This document shows positions 30,680 through 50,084 of a stretch of DNA of 64,000 nt, piece after piece. Every line of letters begins with the position of its first letter. The first letter of the stretch is position 1. Both the position numbers and the translations under genes were made by a program. The stretch covers positions 930,001 to 994,000 of the forward strand of contig OZ024748.1 in assembly GCA_964016885.1 (NCBI GenBank), in the 5' to 3' direction. The notes beneath the pieces were generated by a model. That model saw only the letters and a program-made list of their open reading frames with translations, was not told where the DNA came from and made no database searches. This stretch comes from Eledone cirrhosa. Its lineage: Eukaryota.

Positions 30680-32325
30680 ATCATCATCATCATCATCATC
30701 ATTTTACGTCCGCTTTTCCCTGCTTGCAAGGGTGGGACGGGTCTTATTCAGCACAGCATCTCTCCACTTGTCACGGTCCTTCGTCATCTCCACCGTGAGC
30801 TTCAATGATCTGAGGTCTGTTCTCACCACCTCCGCCCATGTATTTCGTGGTCTACCTCTACCACGTCTTCCTTCAACTGGCATTTCCTGGCACTTCTTCA
30901 CCCATCGGTCATCCTCCATGCGCATCACATGTCCATACCACCTCAGTCTCCTCTCCCATACACTACATTCTATCCCTCTCAGACACAGTTTCTCTCTCAA
31001 CACATTTATGCTGGGTCGTTCACACACATTTACACTGCACATCCAACGGAGCATGCTTGCCTCATTTCTTTCCAGCCGTCGCATATCCTCTGCAGTTGCT
31101 GCCCATGTCTCACCACCATGCATCATCGCACTCATCACACAGGCATCATACAACCGGCCTTTCGTACGCAGGGAGAAACCTTTCTTCGTCAACAGAGGAG
31201 CAGCACCCTAAACTTCTTCCAACCCGTCCTTATTCTAGATACTATGGCCTCGGAACATCCTCCTCCCATGCTAATCTGATCTCCTAGGTACCGGAAGCTA
31301 TCCACCACTTCTATAGCGCCCTCCTGCATTTGAAAAATGTGTCTATCAATGCGACTTCTACTGTCTAATTTCCCTGTACATCTACTGCATACATATTTCT
31401 CCCTACCTGTTAGTTTGCCTGTACCCAGGATCTGCATTGTGTGCATTTTATAGAATTTATGCCAGATCCTTTTCTGCATATCGAACATGGCCATTTCCCT
31501 GACGGAATCAGGGTTTTGTACTCTTTTCTACTCATCAACACTTTTGTCTTAGCTAGGTTCACTCTCAGTCCTCTTGCTTCCAACTGCTGTTTCCATAGCC
31601 AGAACTTATTCTCTAGCTCCTCTACTAATTCTGTCTGCTATAAGAACCAGATCGTCAGCATAGAGAAGTTCCCATGGACAGCCAGTCTTAAACTCCTCTG
31701 TTATGGCTTGGAGGACTATAATGAACAAGAGCGAGCTGAGGACCGAACCCTGATGTACTCCTACTTGTATCTGGAATTCCTCAGTAAACTCCATTCCTAC
31801 CCTGACTTTACTGAGAGTACCTCTGTACAAAGTTTGCTCTGTTCTCACAAGCCATTCCTCAACACCTAGCTTCCTTAGGGACCACCAGATGACAGATCGG
31901 GGTACCGTATCAAAGGCCTTCTCTAGGTCAACAAAGGCTAAGTATAGGGGCTTATTCTTCTCTAAGAACCTCTCTTGCAATTGTCTCACCAAGAAGAGGG
32001 CATCTGTTATACTCTTCCCAGGCACAAAACCAAACTGCATCTCATCTAGTTTGACCCTTTCTCTAATTAGTTGTGCTAATATCCTTTCTGCCACTTTCAT
32101 AACCTGATCTATCAGTTTTATACCCCTATAATTGCTCCTCTCCAGACCATCCCCTTTACCTTTGTAGCAATTTATGAGAATACTGCTGCACCAGTCTTTG
32201 GGTATGACACCACCATATATAGCCTGATTGATGATGCGTGCAACCAGTTTAGCATCTCAGCAACTATTCCCGATGGTCCGGCAGCCTTACCATTTTTCAT
32301 TTCCCTAATTGCCTCTTGGACCCTA
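30680..32325 (-). mobile_element. Second copy of the same RTE LINE family, 5'-truncated and frameshifted
   Basis: Nearly identical to 21431-22893. Split into ORFs 31606-32100, 31189-31494 and 30704-31192, with a 22-nt deletion in the zinc finger and a (TGA)n tail. Confidence 0.95.
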
Positions 32326-32406
32326 TATTTGTCATTTATATATTTATATTTATATATTTATATATATATATAGTTATGTAATAAGTGGTTTCTTAAAAGC
32401 AAAAAA

Positions 32407-32443
<37 letters not shown>

Positions 32444-34409
32444 GATTGCATGATTCTGTATGTTTAGTTGTATTTTTTAAAAAAATATTTATTGTTTGTT
32501 ATTTTATTTTTGGTGTCTTTTCATCCTGAGTATGTTATAGATGATTGTTTCGTCATTGGGAAACATTAAAGCATGTGTGTAGATAGATGAATAGTAATGT
32601 GTGTGTGTGTGTGTATATATATATATGCATAAGTGTAGATGGGTGACAATGTGTGTGTGTATACACATGTGTATTGGTATAGATGAAAAGAAAACAATGT
32701 ATGGCTGCGAATTATCAGTGTTTTTAGGGAGTTGGGTAGAATGCTTCAGGAGTTGATAAATAAATTACCTGTCTCACTCTCTCTCAAGTTGACTATGGTC
32801 AGGTCTGTGGTAGAATGGGCCCCGACAATTGTAAATACTCAATTCATGCCTATGTCGCAATATTAACCCTTCAACTTCATCAGGAGTTAAGGGTTCAATG
32901 AATGAAATAATGTTTTAATATAAGTTACCCTGCTAAAACAAGGGTTAACTTTGTGGGCTCCATGAAAGATGATGTGCTCGTCATGGGGTCCTTTTTTGAG
33001 GCAATGGTTTATGGCTAGATGCCCTTCCTGGCTCCAACCATTTTAGATGCTCTCCTTTACGAGATGCAGGATTATGGTGTACTTGTTTTAAACCATATAC
33101 ACACAGTAGACTGAACGACTGTAACATAGGTGTGTGTTCTGTGTGTGTGAATTTGTCTGTATATATGTTCTGTGTTTTTATGTTGTGTGTATATGTATAC
33201 TATTCATATTGCTACACTTGCTTTAGTTTTTTTTTGTTCCCAAACATTGATTTATTTTTCCTCTCCCATCTCCTAAATATGTTTCCAAAATATAACAATA
33301 ACAACAACAACAATAATATTAATATAGAGAGACTGACAAGAGTAGTTGAATGTCTATATTGTATTGTTTGGAGCAATATAGGCAAATTGATTCTTCGCTA
33401 ATCACTGTTTCCTCCACCCTCTCCTCCTCTCTCTTATCTCATCTTTTAGACAGATTGTCTGTGTGGTAAAGCACTGCTAGGTAGATCTCTACTACTACAG
33501 TTTGTAAAGTAAGCTATATCATCTTGTGAATTCTGTTCCCTATATTATATAGCACTCACTTCAAGGCATCATAGTTTGCTATTTTCTGCTGCTGCTAAGA
33601 AAACTTGTTTCTTTCTTCTTACACACACACATACTGCCTTAATACAAGCATGAGCTAGATATTAGAAACCCACTATTGTCCAATAATATAACCCCAGAGT
33701 ATATATATATACATATATGTATATATGCTTATATGTATGTATATATACTTATATATATATATATATATATGTCAAGTCACCAGTTGGTGCTACTGGTAAC
33801 ATGTATCCCATTACAACCTGTCTCATGGTCGGGTCGTTGCGACTAAACTGGCAACCCCACCAAGGTTTCTTGGTGAGGAGGGTGACTTTAGACATTCTAC
33901 AGGACTAAAAACAAAACCTGTCAAAGGGCAAAGGAGCTCTTAAGAGTCAATGGCCATCCAAAATCACCGGGAGAGATGAACCCTTAGCCTTTGTCAAGGC
34001 AAAATTCTAGGAGAAGAAAAACTCTGATATAACACCTGCAACCCTGATGGTTTCCAATGATGTTGACTTGTTCTTCTTTTTGGTAAATATCATCTTGGTT
34101 AAGAGAGTGGGACTGGCTTTGTGTAGTGCCTTTGCTCACTATAAAAGCTTCATGGCACAGGCATTGCTTTATATCTGGAGATCTCTCTGCACTTGTCGTC
34201 ACATGGTACCATGGGCCCAGCACTATGTGTAGTGTTTGTACCAGAGTTTTCAAGTCGCTGGACTAAAAAGTCACACTCGTTCAGCGCATCGGTAAGGGTT
34301 CTGCTACATGGATATAAAGTAGTGGCCGTACTCGAAAACGAGTTGGCAGCCACCATATATATATATATATATACATACACACATATATGTATGTATAGAT
34401 GTATATGTA

Positions 34410-35535
34410 CAGGGCTGCTCAGTTCTTTGAGGACATTTGCATAAATTTAGTAAAAGACATGAAAGAAAAGATTTATTTAAGAAAAAATTGGCATGGATAA
34501 TAATGGGACTCTTCTTGATATTCTTGATGCATCTACTCAATGAATCGGTCTGAAACATTGATTTTATCCGAATCAGGTGATCTTTATGCATTTTGGACAC
34601 ATTGTGCTAGTTATGGCAAACTTCAGAGATTTTATAGTATTCTGGGAGTATTGATTGACTTCCCTCATGACTACATCCCATACATAGTAATCTAATAGAT
34701 TCAGGTGTGGAGAGCTAGGAGGTTATGTTTGGGAATTGTGACTCATCCATGCTTGGGTTGTCTTGGCATTATGAGATAGTGCTGAGTCTTGTTGGTAGGT
34801 GTATGGTCTTCCTTTCTTCACGCTCACTATTCAAGGCCTCACAACCCTCTCCAACACCTCCTTATACTCAACAGCATTGACCCTTAAGCCCTGAGAAAAG
34901 AACTGAGAAGGTATTGCATCTCCTTCATTGCTCACGACTTCCAGAACCACCACAGTTGCCAGAAACATTCTATGCATGACTGTTGAAATGCATAACCATC
35001 TGTCATCCCTTTGGTCAACCTTTTGGTCCTGATCAAAGTTTTTTTCATCAGAGAAAAACCAAAGCATTCATCACACTGTTATCTTTTGTCTTTGCAGACA
35101 TTACTTTACCTCTCTGCATCACATCTGACTTGTATTGAAGGTTCTAATGTACAATTCTTTGGATAGTGTGTCTTGTAACCTTGAGCTCCTTAGCAATGGC
35201 ACTAATTGACTTTCTTGGGTTCTTATCAATAATTTTCTGCACCTTTCATATAAATTTTGATGTTCTGATAATATTAGGACCCTCAGCAGTCGTTTTATGT
35301 TTAACTACTGCTGTAGAATCCCCATCACTGGCTTCCAGCTCTTTGCTAACTTTGACAACAAATGACTGAGCAACTTTCTAGAAGTGAACAATCTCTAAAT
35401 CACTACGCTCTGTCTATAAGGCAATGATTACAGTGTACCTTTGCATTTGCTGAGTTAGTTTGATATCTGTCGTCATTTATCTGAAAAGAAATAGAGCAAT
35501 TAAAAGACATGTCCTCAAGGAACTGATCAGTCTTG
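34410..35535 (-). mobile_element. Decayed Tc1/mariner-superfamily transposon (maT/DD37D-like)
   Basis: About 27-bp TIRs (cagggctgctcagttctttgaggacat / atgtcctcaaggaactgatcagtcttg) flanked by TA; remnants WFFSDEKNF, YQQDSA, SPHLNLLDYYVW. Confidence 0.85.
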
Positions 35536-37321
35536 TATGTGTATATATATGTGTGTGTTTATATGTGTGTTTATATATATATACATGTATATATATGTAT
35601 ACACACATGTATATATATATACATACATATATATATAAATTTATATACATATATATATAGACACACACACATGTATGTATGTTAATGTAAACTATACATT
35701 ATATATTCATACCCTTTGGTGTTTGTTCTTCTACATTTCTGCTCCTTCCCACCCTCAACCCCTATCTCTCTGTATTTACATTAAATCAAAACTGCATTCT
35801 TTGCTTCCATGGATTTCAGAATTAATCTTAATTTCATGAAACTGAATTACAAGACTTAACTTAATCACTTGATGATGTAACATTAAGCAAACTTTAACTG
35901 TCATCCAAAGTTATATAGAATGAATTTTAATAGGAAATAAACCAAGAATTTTAATTCATTTCTTCTTTTTATGCTTCCATATATTGTCGATATGTAATGA
36001 ACATTTTTCCTTCATATTTTCTGATGAATTTTTATCGTTAATTCTCATAGTTTTGGGTTTTTTTCTTCTTCTCGTTTCTGTTCAGTTTTTCTTTATTTTG
36101 CTAAATCCTGCTTTTAAAAGCATGTATGTGTAAATTATAAAGAACATTTTTGTCACTCATTAAATTAAATTTTGAAATATATGAAAAAAATGAAATAAAA
36201 CTGTTTTGGGGGTTTTATTCATAAGTTTATTTAGGAAGAAAGAATAATTTTTATTTGAAATGAAATTAAAAAATCTCATTGCTTCGTTTGATAATTTGTT
36301 GATTGAACCTCACTGCAACCCTTGTATTGTGACTCTGAGAATTGAACCAGAAACTGAAATGATTTCAATTGTAATTTTCACTGGTGTGTAGGCAGTGCTA
36401 GGTAGGACATCTCCAGCTGTAGAAAATGTTGCTTCAACAAACAAAACATCTCCCCGCCCCCCACATGTTAGTCTTTCTGAAGCCCATTGGTTCCTCAGGC
36501 TGAAGTGTGTTTATCCATGTTTCATGTAGCATTAAGTAACTGAGAGTGCAAGACTTCCGCTTGAGAGTGTGATGTTGGTTCAAGCCCAAGGTTAACTCCC
36601 AGCTGCTACTGATGCTAATTGTGTCAGCCTAGTGGACTGAGGTAACACGAGATGCTTTGTGCAAGGATTCAGTGTGAACCCATTGCCTTATGACCTTAAG
36701 CCGCACACTTTAACTACTAGACTACATACTTTCACTATTAGCATGCATGGAATAGATTTTAAATAGCATAAATAGAAAGTAGTAGTGATAGTAACAACAA
36801 CGGTGATGATGATACAAAATCTTTGGACATTCTTCTTTGTGGGTTTTGTTCCAGTCCACTTTTCAACAACCATTTTTCATAGGAGCGAGTGGTGTGATGT
36901 AGTGGTGTGTATGGCTGTCAGTCCTATTGATGAATACAGTTTATTAGAAGCTATTGCAAGAAAAAAAAGAACTTGTGTATCTATGGTGTGTATGCTGATG
37001 TATGCTTCTATCAAAACATTATATTGATTTGTTCTGGTCAATGTGGGCAGAAATTCAGTGAAAACAAAAACCCCCAAAAAAGCAACTCATAAATTGATAT
37101 ATGATGATGGTACGTACCATGGGAAGGAAATATATATCTTAAGGCTTGCTGTTCTCCAGTAGATTGTGTTTTTATTTTCTTCACAGAGCACCAAATTAAC
37201 ATTTTTTCTACCATATTGTTATTTTGATTAGTATAGAGTTAGATGTACATTGTGGAGTTTATATTAACAAGTAATATTTCGTAGGATACCATTGAAGAAA
37301 TACTTTTTCTTTATCATCTTT

Positions 37322-40278
<2,957 letters not shown>

Positions 40279-40714
40279 AGAGATTACAGTGATCAAAGTT
40301 CAGTTTAAGTCATTTATTTGCTTACAATTGTTTCCTCCAAACCGAGGTTTGGATTCTTCGGAGCAGTTATTTATAACATACTTGACCTCCTTTTCAACCC
40401 AAGAGACACATAAAACATATGCGCATATTGATCAACAGTGGGGTGACATTCATCAAATGAAATAGCATGGCAATTTTCATATAAAGTGTTACATGATAAA
40501 AATAAAGTGTTACATGATAAAAATAAAATAAAATAAAAGCAAGAGTGAAAATAAAGATAAACATGAAGCGTTGGCAGTCTATGAAGATAAAGCAAGAGGA
40601 AAGCTTAGAGTAGTCAGTGCATGAAGCAATCTCCCGTGTAGCATGCACGCTTGTCTTATCTATACATGATTAGAGTGCGTCAGAATGATATATGCAGGGT
40701 CAGGCAGTTGAAAT

Positions 40715-43070
<2,356 letters not shown>

Positions 43071-43268
43071 TTATCTTCATAGACTGCCAACGCTTCATGT
43101 TTATCTTTATTTTCACTCTTGTTTTTATTTTATTTTTATCCTGTAACCTTTATATGTAAATTGCCATGCTATATCATTTGATGAATGTCACCCCACTGTT
43201 GATCAATATGCGCATATGTTTTATGTGTCTCTTGGGTTGAAAAGGAGGTCAAGTATGTTATAAATAAC

Positions 43269-43315
43269 TGCTCCGAAGAATCCAAACCTCGGTTTGGAGG
43301 AAACAATTGTAAGCA
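43269..43315 (+). ncRNA. Hammerhead-like motif with variant core (CCGAAGA); mirror copy on the minus strand at 40319-40365
   Basis: UGCU/AGCA stem I, UCCAAAC/GUUUGGA stem II, GAAA, palindromic ACAAUUGU stem III, GUA triplet. Confidence 0.6.
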
Positions 43316-43360
43316 AATAAATGACTTAAACTGAACTTTGATTACTGTAATCTCTCTCTC

Positions 43361-43409
<49 letters not shown>

Positions 43410-43464
43410 GTAATATAATTCTGGCAATATTACGCAAATATGACCCTCCCCAAATATAACGATA

Positions 43465-44505
<1,041 letters not shown>

Positions 44506-44509
<4 letters not shown>

Positions 44510-44556
44510 TCAGAAGATCCCGTTAAGGGTGAAAGCAGCGATTCTTTGCTTAAACT
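44506..44556 (+). ncRNA. Hammerhead-like motif with variant core (CAGAAGA) starting a solo pLTR-like segment (to about 44645)
   Basis: AGUUU/AAACU stem I, CCC-GUUAA-GGG stem II, GAAA, AGCA...UGCU stem III, CUU triplet; AATAAA downstream. Confidence 0.6.
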
Positions 44557-45589
44557 TTAATCTGTTATTTTAATAAATATTTGCTCTACGGTTCTTATAT
44601 ATTTGATATATATTTATCCTTATCGAGCCCTCTTTGGATTTTAGTCTTCAAATTTATTATTATTACTATGTTTTTCCATAAACTAAAGTGAAGGGAAAGT
44701 TCGATTAAAAAAAAGATAAAAAATTGAGACTTGAATCAAAATTTAATTTAACCCCACCAAAATTCAAAATAATATTTTTTTTAAAATTTGGATTGTGTAT
44801 TTGACCATCAGCTTCTATTTTTTTAATCAAATTTTGATTTGAGTTTGACTTTCAATTCCATATTTTACATATTTTATCATTTAAAAAAAAAAATTTAATT
44901 TCTCCCTTTTATTTTTATAAATGAAAAAAAATGTTTTTATCATTTGAAATATTAGATTTAAAAAAGTTTAGGGAAAAAACATGAATCACCAAGGGTTTTT
45001 TTTAGGGGGAGGGGTGGGGTGGGGACTTCAATTTGTATTTAGGAAGGGTCATTTTTCAATAAAATACATATGCACTAATTATTTCCACTTCTTTCTTGTT
45101 AGTTCATTTTGTTATTGTTGACCAACTTCTTAATCAGTTTGTTAAAAAAATGTTTCTCACACTACTATGACCTCTACCACCAATTTTCTCAAAATCTGAT
45201 TTTTCTTTGGTTTTTGTGTTTGCTATGGTTGACAAACTGATTAAAAAGTTGGATAGAAATATGTAAGAGGAAAAACCAGAAATAAGTGGACTACAACGAG
45301 GGTGTGTATTTAATTGACAAAATGGCCCTTCCCCTAAAATACAACAGTATTAGTTACAATATAAGGTTTCACGTTTAAAAAAAACTCTGCAAAACAAATG
45401 CAAAAATGAAATATCGCAAGTTTTTTTTGGCGGGGTGGGGTGTACGATTTGTTAATTTTTCATTATTAATTGCTATTGTTGCAAATGATAATGATGATGT
45501 TACCTTCTAAGAAACAAGGAAGATTGTTTTGAAGATGACATAACTTATTCAATCGATGATTTCTTCAAGTTCTTAAGAAATTGATTTTA

Positions 45590-45770
45590 TTTAATTTACA
45601 CTCCACATAGTATATTCTACAATATATATATTTTTTAAACTTTACACTCCACATAGTATGTTCTACATTGCATATAGTATAGCCTACAATATAACTTTAT
45701 ATTCCACATAGTATATTCGACTATATATATAACTTTATACTCCACAAAGTATATTCTACAATATGTATAA
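45590..45770. repeat. Degenerate minisatellite (actccacatagtatattctacaatatataacttt)
   Basis: Four or five recognisable units. Confidence 0.75.
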
Positions 45771-46330
45771 CAACATTTGTACTACATCTGTGGGAGGACT
45801 ATATCCGAAACTATATTATATACAGTATGTAATGATTTTTTCTCCTGTAGTTGTGCTACATCTAAAGCTATATTCTACAATATATAAGATCTCTCTTCTG
45901 TACTTGTTCTGCATCCAAAGCTGTATTCTGCAATATATATATATATAACAATTTGCTGCTATACATGTGCTGTTACATCTAAAACCATATTACATTCAAT
46001 ATATAACATTTCTCTGCTGTACATCCACTACATCTAAAGGTATATTATGTAATATACACACACACACACACATACGCATACATATATATATAGGGAAAAG
46101 CAGACGTAAAATGATGATGATATATATATATATATATATATACATACACACACACATATATACATACATGCCCGTCTAACCCATGCTAGCATGGAAGAAC
46201 GGACGTAAAACGGTGATGATGATGATATATATATATATATACACACACATATATAAACACTTCTCTGATATATATATATATACATACATATATATATATA
46301 GGGAAAAGCGGACGTAAAATGATGATGATG

Positions 46331-46361
<31 letters not shown>

Positions 46362-46509
46362 TTTTGAGTATATGTTGGTTGTATACCAACACCTCAGTAT
46401 GCAGATTGGAGCACGCGACGAAGTGCGCAGGTTGGTTTGGTTACTCTGGAGTAATGTAAAATAAAATAAAATAAATAAGTCAAATGTTTAAAATTTAGCT
46501 TCGTTTATT

Positions 46510-46564
46510 ACTGCTATATATATTTCGGTGACAGCCATCTTTGGCTGTGACCTCTTCAGGCAGT
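46510..46564 (-). ncRNA. Mirror copy of the same hammerhead ribozyme on the minus strand
   Basis: Exact reverse complement of 46797-46851 within the 448-bp palindrome. Confidence 0.8.
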
Positions 46565-46796
46565 CCGAATTAGTGTGGTATAGACAAGTACATATGTTGT
46601 TGAGGTGTATAACTTTGTCAATACTCTGATATGCCCAGTTCCTGGTTGGGTTGTTATTTCACAGAGGAACTGGAATCGTATATGATTGCAGTTCCTCAGT
46701 GAAATAACAACCCAACCAGGAACTGGGCATATCAGAGTATTGACAAAGTTATACACCTCAACAACATATGTACTTGTCTATACCACACTAATTCGG

Positions 46797-46851
46797 ACTG
46801 CCTGAAGAGGTCACAGCCAAAGATGGCTGTCACCGAAATATATATAGCAGT
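46797..46851 (+). ncRNA. Minimal type I hammerhead ribozyme with intact core
   Basis: Stem I ACUGC/GCAGU, core CUGAAGA, stem II GGUCACAGCCA-AAGA-UGGCUGUCACC, GAAA, palindromic stem III UAUAUA, cleavage triplet AUA (after 46846). Confidence 0.8.
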
Positions 46852-46902
46852 AATAAACGAAGCTAAATTTTAAACATTTGACTTATTTATTTTATTTTAT
46901 TT

Positions 46903-46933
<31 letters not shown>

Positions 46934-47120
46934 AATACACATATATATAAACACTTCTCTGATACATAAAAATATATATTACAAATACAATATTTGTCTT
47001 TCTCTCTCCCTATATATATATAATCCCTTCTCTGCTGTTCGTGCTACATCTAAACTATATTTTATAAAATATATATATTTCTCTGCTGTTCTTTTACTAC
47101 ATCTAAAAGTATAATTATAC

Positions 47121-47181
<61 letters not shown>

Positions 47182-47974
47182 CCTTTCTCTGCTGTACATG
47201 TACTACATCTAAATGTATATTTTATTTTAAACACTAGATACAAATAAAAGTCAACAATTTGCCACAGGAACCACAAATATCAATTCCACTGATATTTTCT
47301 ATAATGTTGTAAAAAAAAATGTTTTCTTCTGTATTTAAACTTGTGTTAAAGCTGTATTAGATGCTATTTTGCTCTTTAATTTAGTGGTTTCAAAGTCTTT
47401 ACATTTCTGCTGGAAAGCTTGTTTCACTCACTGTTTCTTTCACCACCCTCCCCACTACTACTACCACCACCACTACCTTTTTATTGCATGAGTAATGATT
47501 AATTAATTAATTATCTATTTAATCCTATTGTCAGGCAGCTTTTTGTTTGTTTGTTTGTTATTTTTTTTTTGTTTCTATTTTATTTTATTTTTTGTTAATT
47601 ATTTAATCCTCCACCTGTATTCTATTTTTGATTTTCATTCTGCTTCAAAAGTTGGGAGATTGCGATGATCCAGTTGGTTGTCCCATCTGAGCACTTGTAT
47701 TGTGTTTTTTTAGCCCGCTCCATTCCATCTCTCTCTCTCTCTCTCTACATATATATATATAGATCTTTCTCTCTATATCACTCTGTCTATCCATCTGTCT
47801 TAACATTACAACACAACTCACCTTTCATTTTCCTCTCCTTTCTTTCTCTGTCTACATATATGATGATATTGATGATATTTATGTAGTAGATCTGCTTGCT
47901 CCACTTAGAAACTTGGGCTTATATCTAATTCCTTTACTAATATCATTGTTTGACATGGATTTATATATATACAT

Positions 47975-48011
<37 letters not shown>

Positions 48012-48012
<1 letters not shown>

Positions 48013-49172
48013 CAGGTTGTACTGAAAGTTCTGTCCGTTTTGGTTTTTTTTAAAGTAAATCTCGAGTTAGATTTAAAGATGTCTAACTTCTCAATTATAT
48101 TTGGAATATGTTGAAATCAGTAATATGTTTCATTTTCTTTCAGAATTTGTCAAATTTATCTTTATTGAGACTGTTGTACTGGCACCATGTTCACTCCAAA
48201 GTAGAGAACACATTTGTCGTGTTATTCTTTATGAGTTTCAAAAACTTAATGGTGCAAGTACAGCAGCAAAATTACTCCCAAACCTTTAAGGGGATGGTGT
48301 AGTGAATGAAAGAACATGCAGGAGATGGTTTTCACGGGGACTACAGCCTGCTCAACAAAACTGGGTTCTGGTGCATTGGGCCGCTGTTACGCAAACCCAA
48401 CCGTTAGAGTTTGGGAACATATTTCAATGTTTACCATACCACAATTTATTGTGAACTAAAAAGGCTTGGTAAAGTGTCAAATGTTCTACATGATCTCTGT
48501 GCAGACAATCACAAACAATGTATTGACTGTTGTACACCATTGTGTTCTTGTGAGCTGCAAATGCCTCTTTTGAACAGAATCATTATTGGAGATGAGAAAT
48601 AGATACTTTATCATGATGTTAGTGAAGACATCGTGGTGAAGAGCCAGCTCAGCAGTCCAGAAGTGGCCTGCATCGAAGGAAGATTCTTCTGAGTGTGGGT
48701 TGTTGGATATGTGGGACAAGCTGCTAGGTAATGATCAAACAATAACAGCTGGAGTTTATTGCTAACAGCTAAGATGTTTGAAAGCAACTTTGCTGCAAAA
48801 ACACCCATGATTAACAAACAGAAAAGAAATCATCCTTCATTATGATAATGCTAGACAAAAAAAAAACCGAAAGATCTAGAAAAATATGCCTTGGAAATTA
48901 TGCTTTACTGACAATATTCCCTGGACCTTGCACCAACAGGTTACCATCTCTGTATAAGTTTGCAAAATCATTTGAGTGAATTAAGACTTCAAGAGAAGTT
49001 GAAAATGAGTTAGTTTAATTTTTTTAGTTCAAAAAATTAAAGAATCTAATATATGTGGCAATAAAAAGCTTATTGTTGGGAGAGGTCGTAGAGAAGAATG
49101 GTGGCTATATTAACAATTGAATAAATCAGATATTGAGACTTAAAAGCGGACAGAACTTTTGTTACAACTTGA
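48012..49172 (+). mobile_element. Decayed mariner element
   Basis: About 30-bp TIRs (tcaggttgtactgaaagttctgtccgtttt / aaaagcggacagaacttttgttacaacttga); remnants REHICRVILYEF, RIIIGDEK, HYDNAR, YSLDLAPTGYHL. Confidence 0.9.
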
Positions 49173-49653
49173 TATATGTATGTGTGTATATATATATGTG
49201 TGCGTGTGTGTATATATATATGTATATATATACATACACACACACAAATATATATTTATATATACACACACAGACACATACACACACACACATAAATATA
49301 TCATGAAGATATACATACATTTATATATATATGTATAAAATGGGAGAGCTTCTATTTAAAATTTTTTTAAAGAGTGCGGTGATGAATGAAGTCTTCATAA
49401 CTGCTCCTAAGTTTCATCAAGCACAAATTAAAATTTTAAGATATAGTCCCACTTTTTTTAAATTTTAATTTGAGTTTGAACTTCATTTCAAACTGACCAC
49501 TGCTGTTACCACCACCACCACCATAGTGTTGGTTTAATAAAGACATCCCTGTTAATACATTTGAGAAGAATTTTTATGGGTAATTTCTCATCTATATATA
49601 TGTATATATGTGTGTTGTATGTGTGTGCGTACATATATATGTGTGTGTGTATG

Positions 49654-49721
<68 letters not shown>

Positions 49722-49723
<2 letters not shown>

Positions 49724-49800
49724 AGATGTCTCCCCAAAATGTATACACACTTCAACAGTATTGTAATCAAAGTGTCTATACATTTTTTAGGGACACACTG
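49722..49800. mobile_element. Tiny Tc1-like MITE (about 80 bp)
   Basis: Imperfect TIRs of about 31 bp: caagatgtctccccaaaatgtatacacactt / aagtgtctatacattttttagggacacactg. Confidence 0.55.
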
Positions 49801-50084
49801 TGTATATATATATAAATGAAACATGCTAATTTCTGAAAGAGAAAATAAAATATAAGTGAAGGTTCATCATTTCTTGTCATTTTAAGTTGAGACTTTTTCT
49901 GCTCAATAATTTTTTTTGTGGTTGATTAGAGATGATTTGTCATAAAATATTACACACATACACACCTTCTCTTTCTCTGTCTCTGTCAATATACATACTG
50001 ACTCCCTCTTTCTCTCTGTCTCTGTCAATATACATACTGACTCCCTCTCTCTATATATATGTATGTATATTCATATATTTATTT

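Larger units (their letters stand above)
46457..46904. repeat. 448-bp near-perfect palindrome (224-bp arms, essentially no loop)
   Basis: Arms are reverse complements about 46680/46681, with about 3 mismatches near the centre. Confidence 0.97.

Noticed and set aside
33780-34350. Unique-looking segment with short ORFs between TA runs
   Set aside because: Resembles transposon debris (LINE 5'UTR-like ggagaagaaaaactctga); no supportable gene or family call.
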